Origin: Lachnospiraceae bacterium
Lineage (GTDB): Bacteria; Bacillota; Clostridia; Lachnospirales; Lachnospiraceae
Assembly: GCA_017416465.1 (NCBI GenBank)
Contig: JAFQCK010000073.1
Span: forward strand, 38,398-102,397
Direction of reading: 5' to 3'
DNA: 64,000 nt
Below, piece by piece: positions 63,363 to 64,000 of the stretch. Numbering within the stretch: the stretch's first letter is position 1; each line of letters opens with the position of its first letter. Made by a program: the position numbers and the translations under genes. The notes below the pieces were generated by a model, which was not told where the DNA came from, searched no databases, and saw nothing but the letters and a program-made list of their open reading frames with translations.

Positions 63363-64000
63363 ATGAGAAAAAGACTTCCACATGTATTAATTGTAGATGA
63401 TGATATGCAAACTTTAAAAACAATGAGTACATATTTAGCAGGAACTGCAAGAGTTGCCACTGCTCTTGGTGCGAGACAGGCACTTGACTATGTACACCAA
63501 AATTCTGTAGATTTAATACTTCTTGATGTTGAAATGCCTATAATGGATGGTTTTAAAATGTTGGAACAATTTCGTAAAATAGAAGAATGTATTAATGTTC
63601 CTGTTATTCTTGTTACAGGCAGACGTGATAAATCCACTATTTTAAATTCCGGTCTGATGGGTGTTGACGGCTACCTTGCCAAACCGGTTGACAAAGATAC
63701 TTTAATTAACAAAGTTAAAGAAGTTTGCGAAAGCAAAGAAATTAAAGAAAACAAAAAAACTATTCTTATGATTGATGATGATATGTCTTATTTAAAGCAA
63801 GTAAACAGTATTCTTAAAGATGATTATAATGTTATAATGATTAATTCTGCAAAACTCGCGTTAAACTATCTTCTAAAGCATACTCCTGATATCATTTTAC
63901 TTGATTATCAGATGCCTTTATATAATGGCGCAAATGTAATGAATATGATACAGAAAAATAATCCTAATAAGAAAATTCCTATCATCATACTTTCATCTGC
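63363..64000 (+). CDS. Response regulator with two tandem receiver domains; runs off the window
   Basis: Not in the ORF track. Hand translation: MRKRLPHVLIVDDD...LILLDVEMPIMDG...YLAKP...ILMIDDD...IILLDYQMP. Confidence 0.88.
   Translation, partial: MRKRLPHVLIVDDDMQTLKTMSTYLAGTARVATALGARQALDYVHQNSVDLILLDVEMPIMDGFKMLEQFRKIEECINVPVILVTGRRDKSTILNSGLMGVDGYLAKPVDKDTLINKVKEVCESKEIKENKKTILMIDDDMSYLKQVNSILKDDYNVIMINSAKLALNYLLKHTPDIILLDYQMPLYNGANVMNMIQKNNPNKKIPIIILSS

Overview
Low-GC Firmicute (Lachnospiraceae/Clostridia-like) chromosomal segment, about 50 CDSs, mostly on the minus strand. Housekeeping and transport genes dominate: a peptide ABC transporter, asnB, glutamine synthetase III, sortase B, tex, an ACT-hom-apgM cluster, two GntR/YtrA-ABC operons, cheW, prfB with its programmed frameshift, secA (split by a frameshift), hpf, an NlpC/P60 hydrolase, an EF-G-like/NYN fusion, T-box-regulated tyrS, and a KdpDE-like/pyk/ion transporter operon. 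No rRNA, tRNA, CRISPR array, integrase or transposase was recognised. The best novelty candidate is at the left edge (1-798, minus strand): a sigma-70 promoter, two GC-rich structured repeats with a 49-nt period, an intrinsic terminator, then a PBECR4-like putative RNase gene missing from the ORF track. This is type III (RNA antitoxin) toxin-antitoxin architecture with a toxin family I do not know from the described type III systems. Other notable items: two dispersed promoter-plus-heptad coiled-coil mini-genes, a DnaA-box cluster away from dnaA, a HAD-GNAT fusion interrupted by an in-frame TGA, an unannotated 30-aa membrane peptide, several families of intergenic palindromic repeats, and a decaying accessory island (55.7-60.5 kb) with a PolC-like pseudogene. 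Family assignments are from motif recognition only; no database searches were run.
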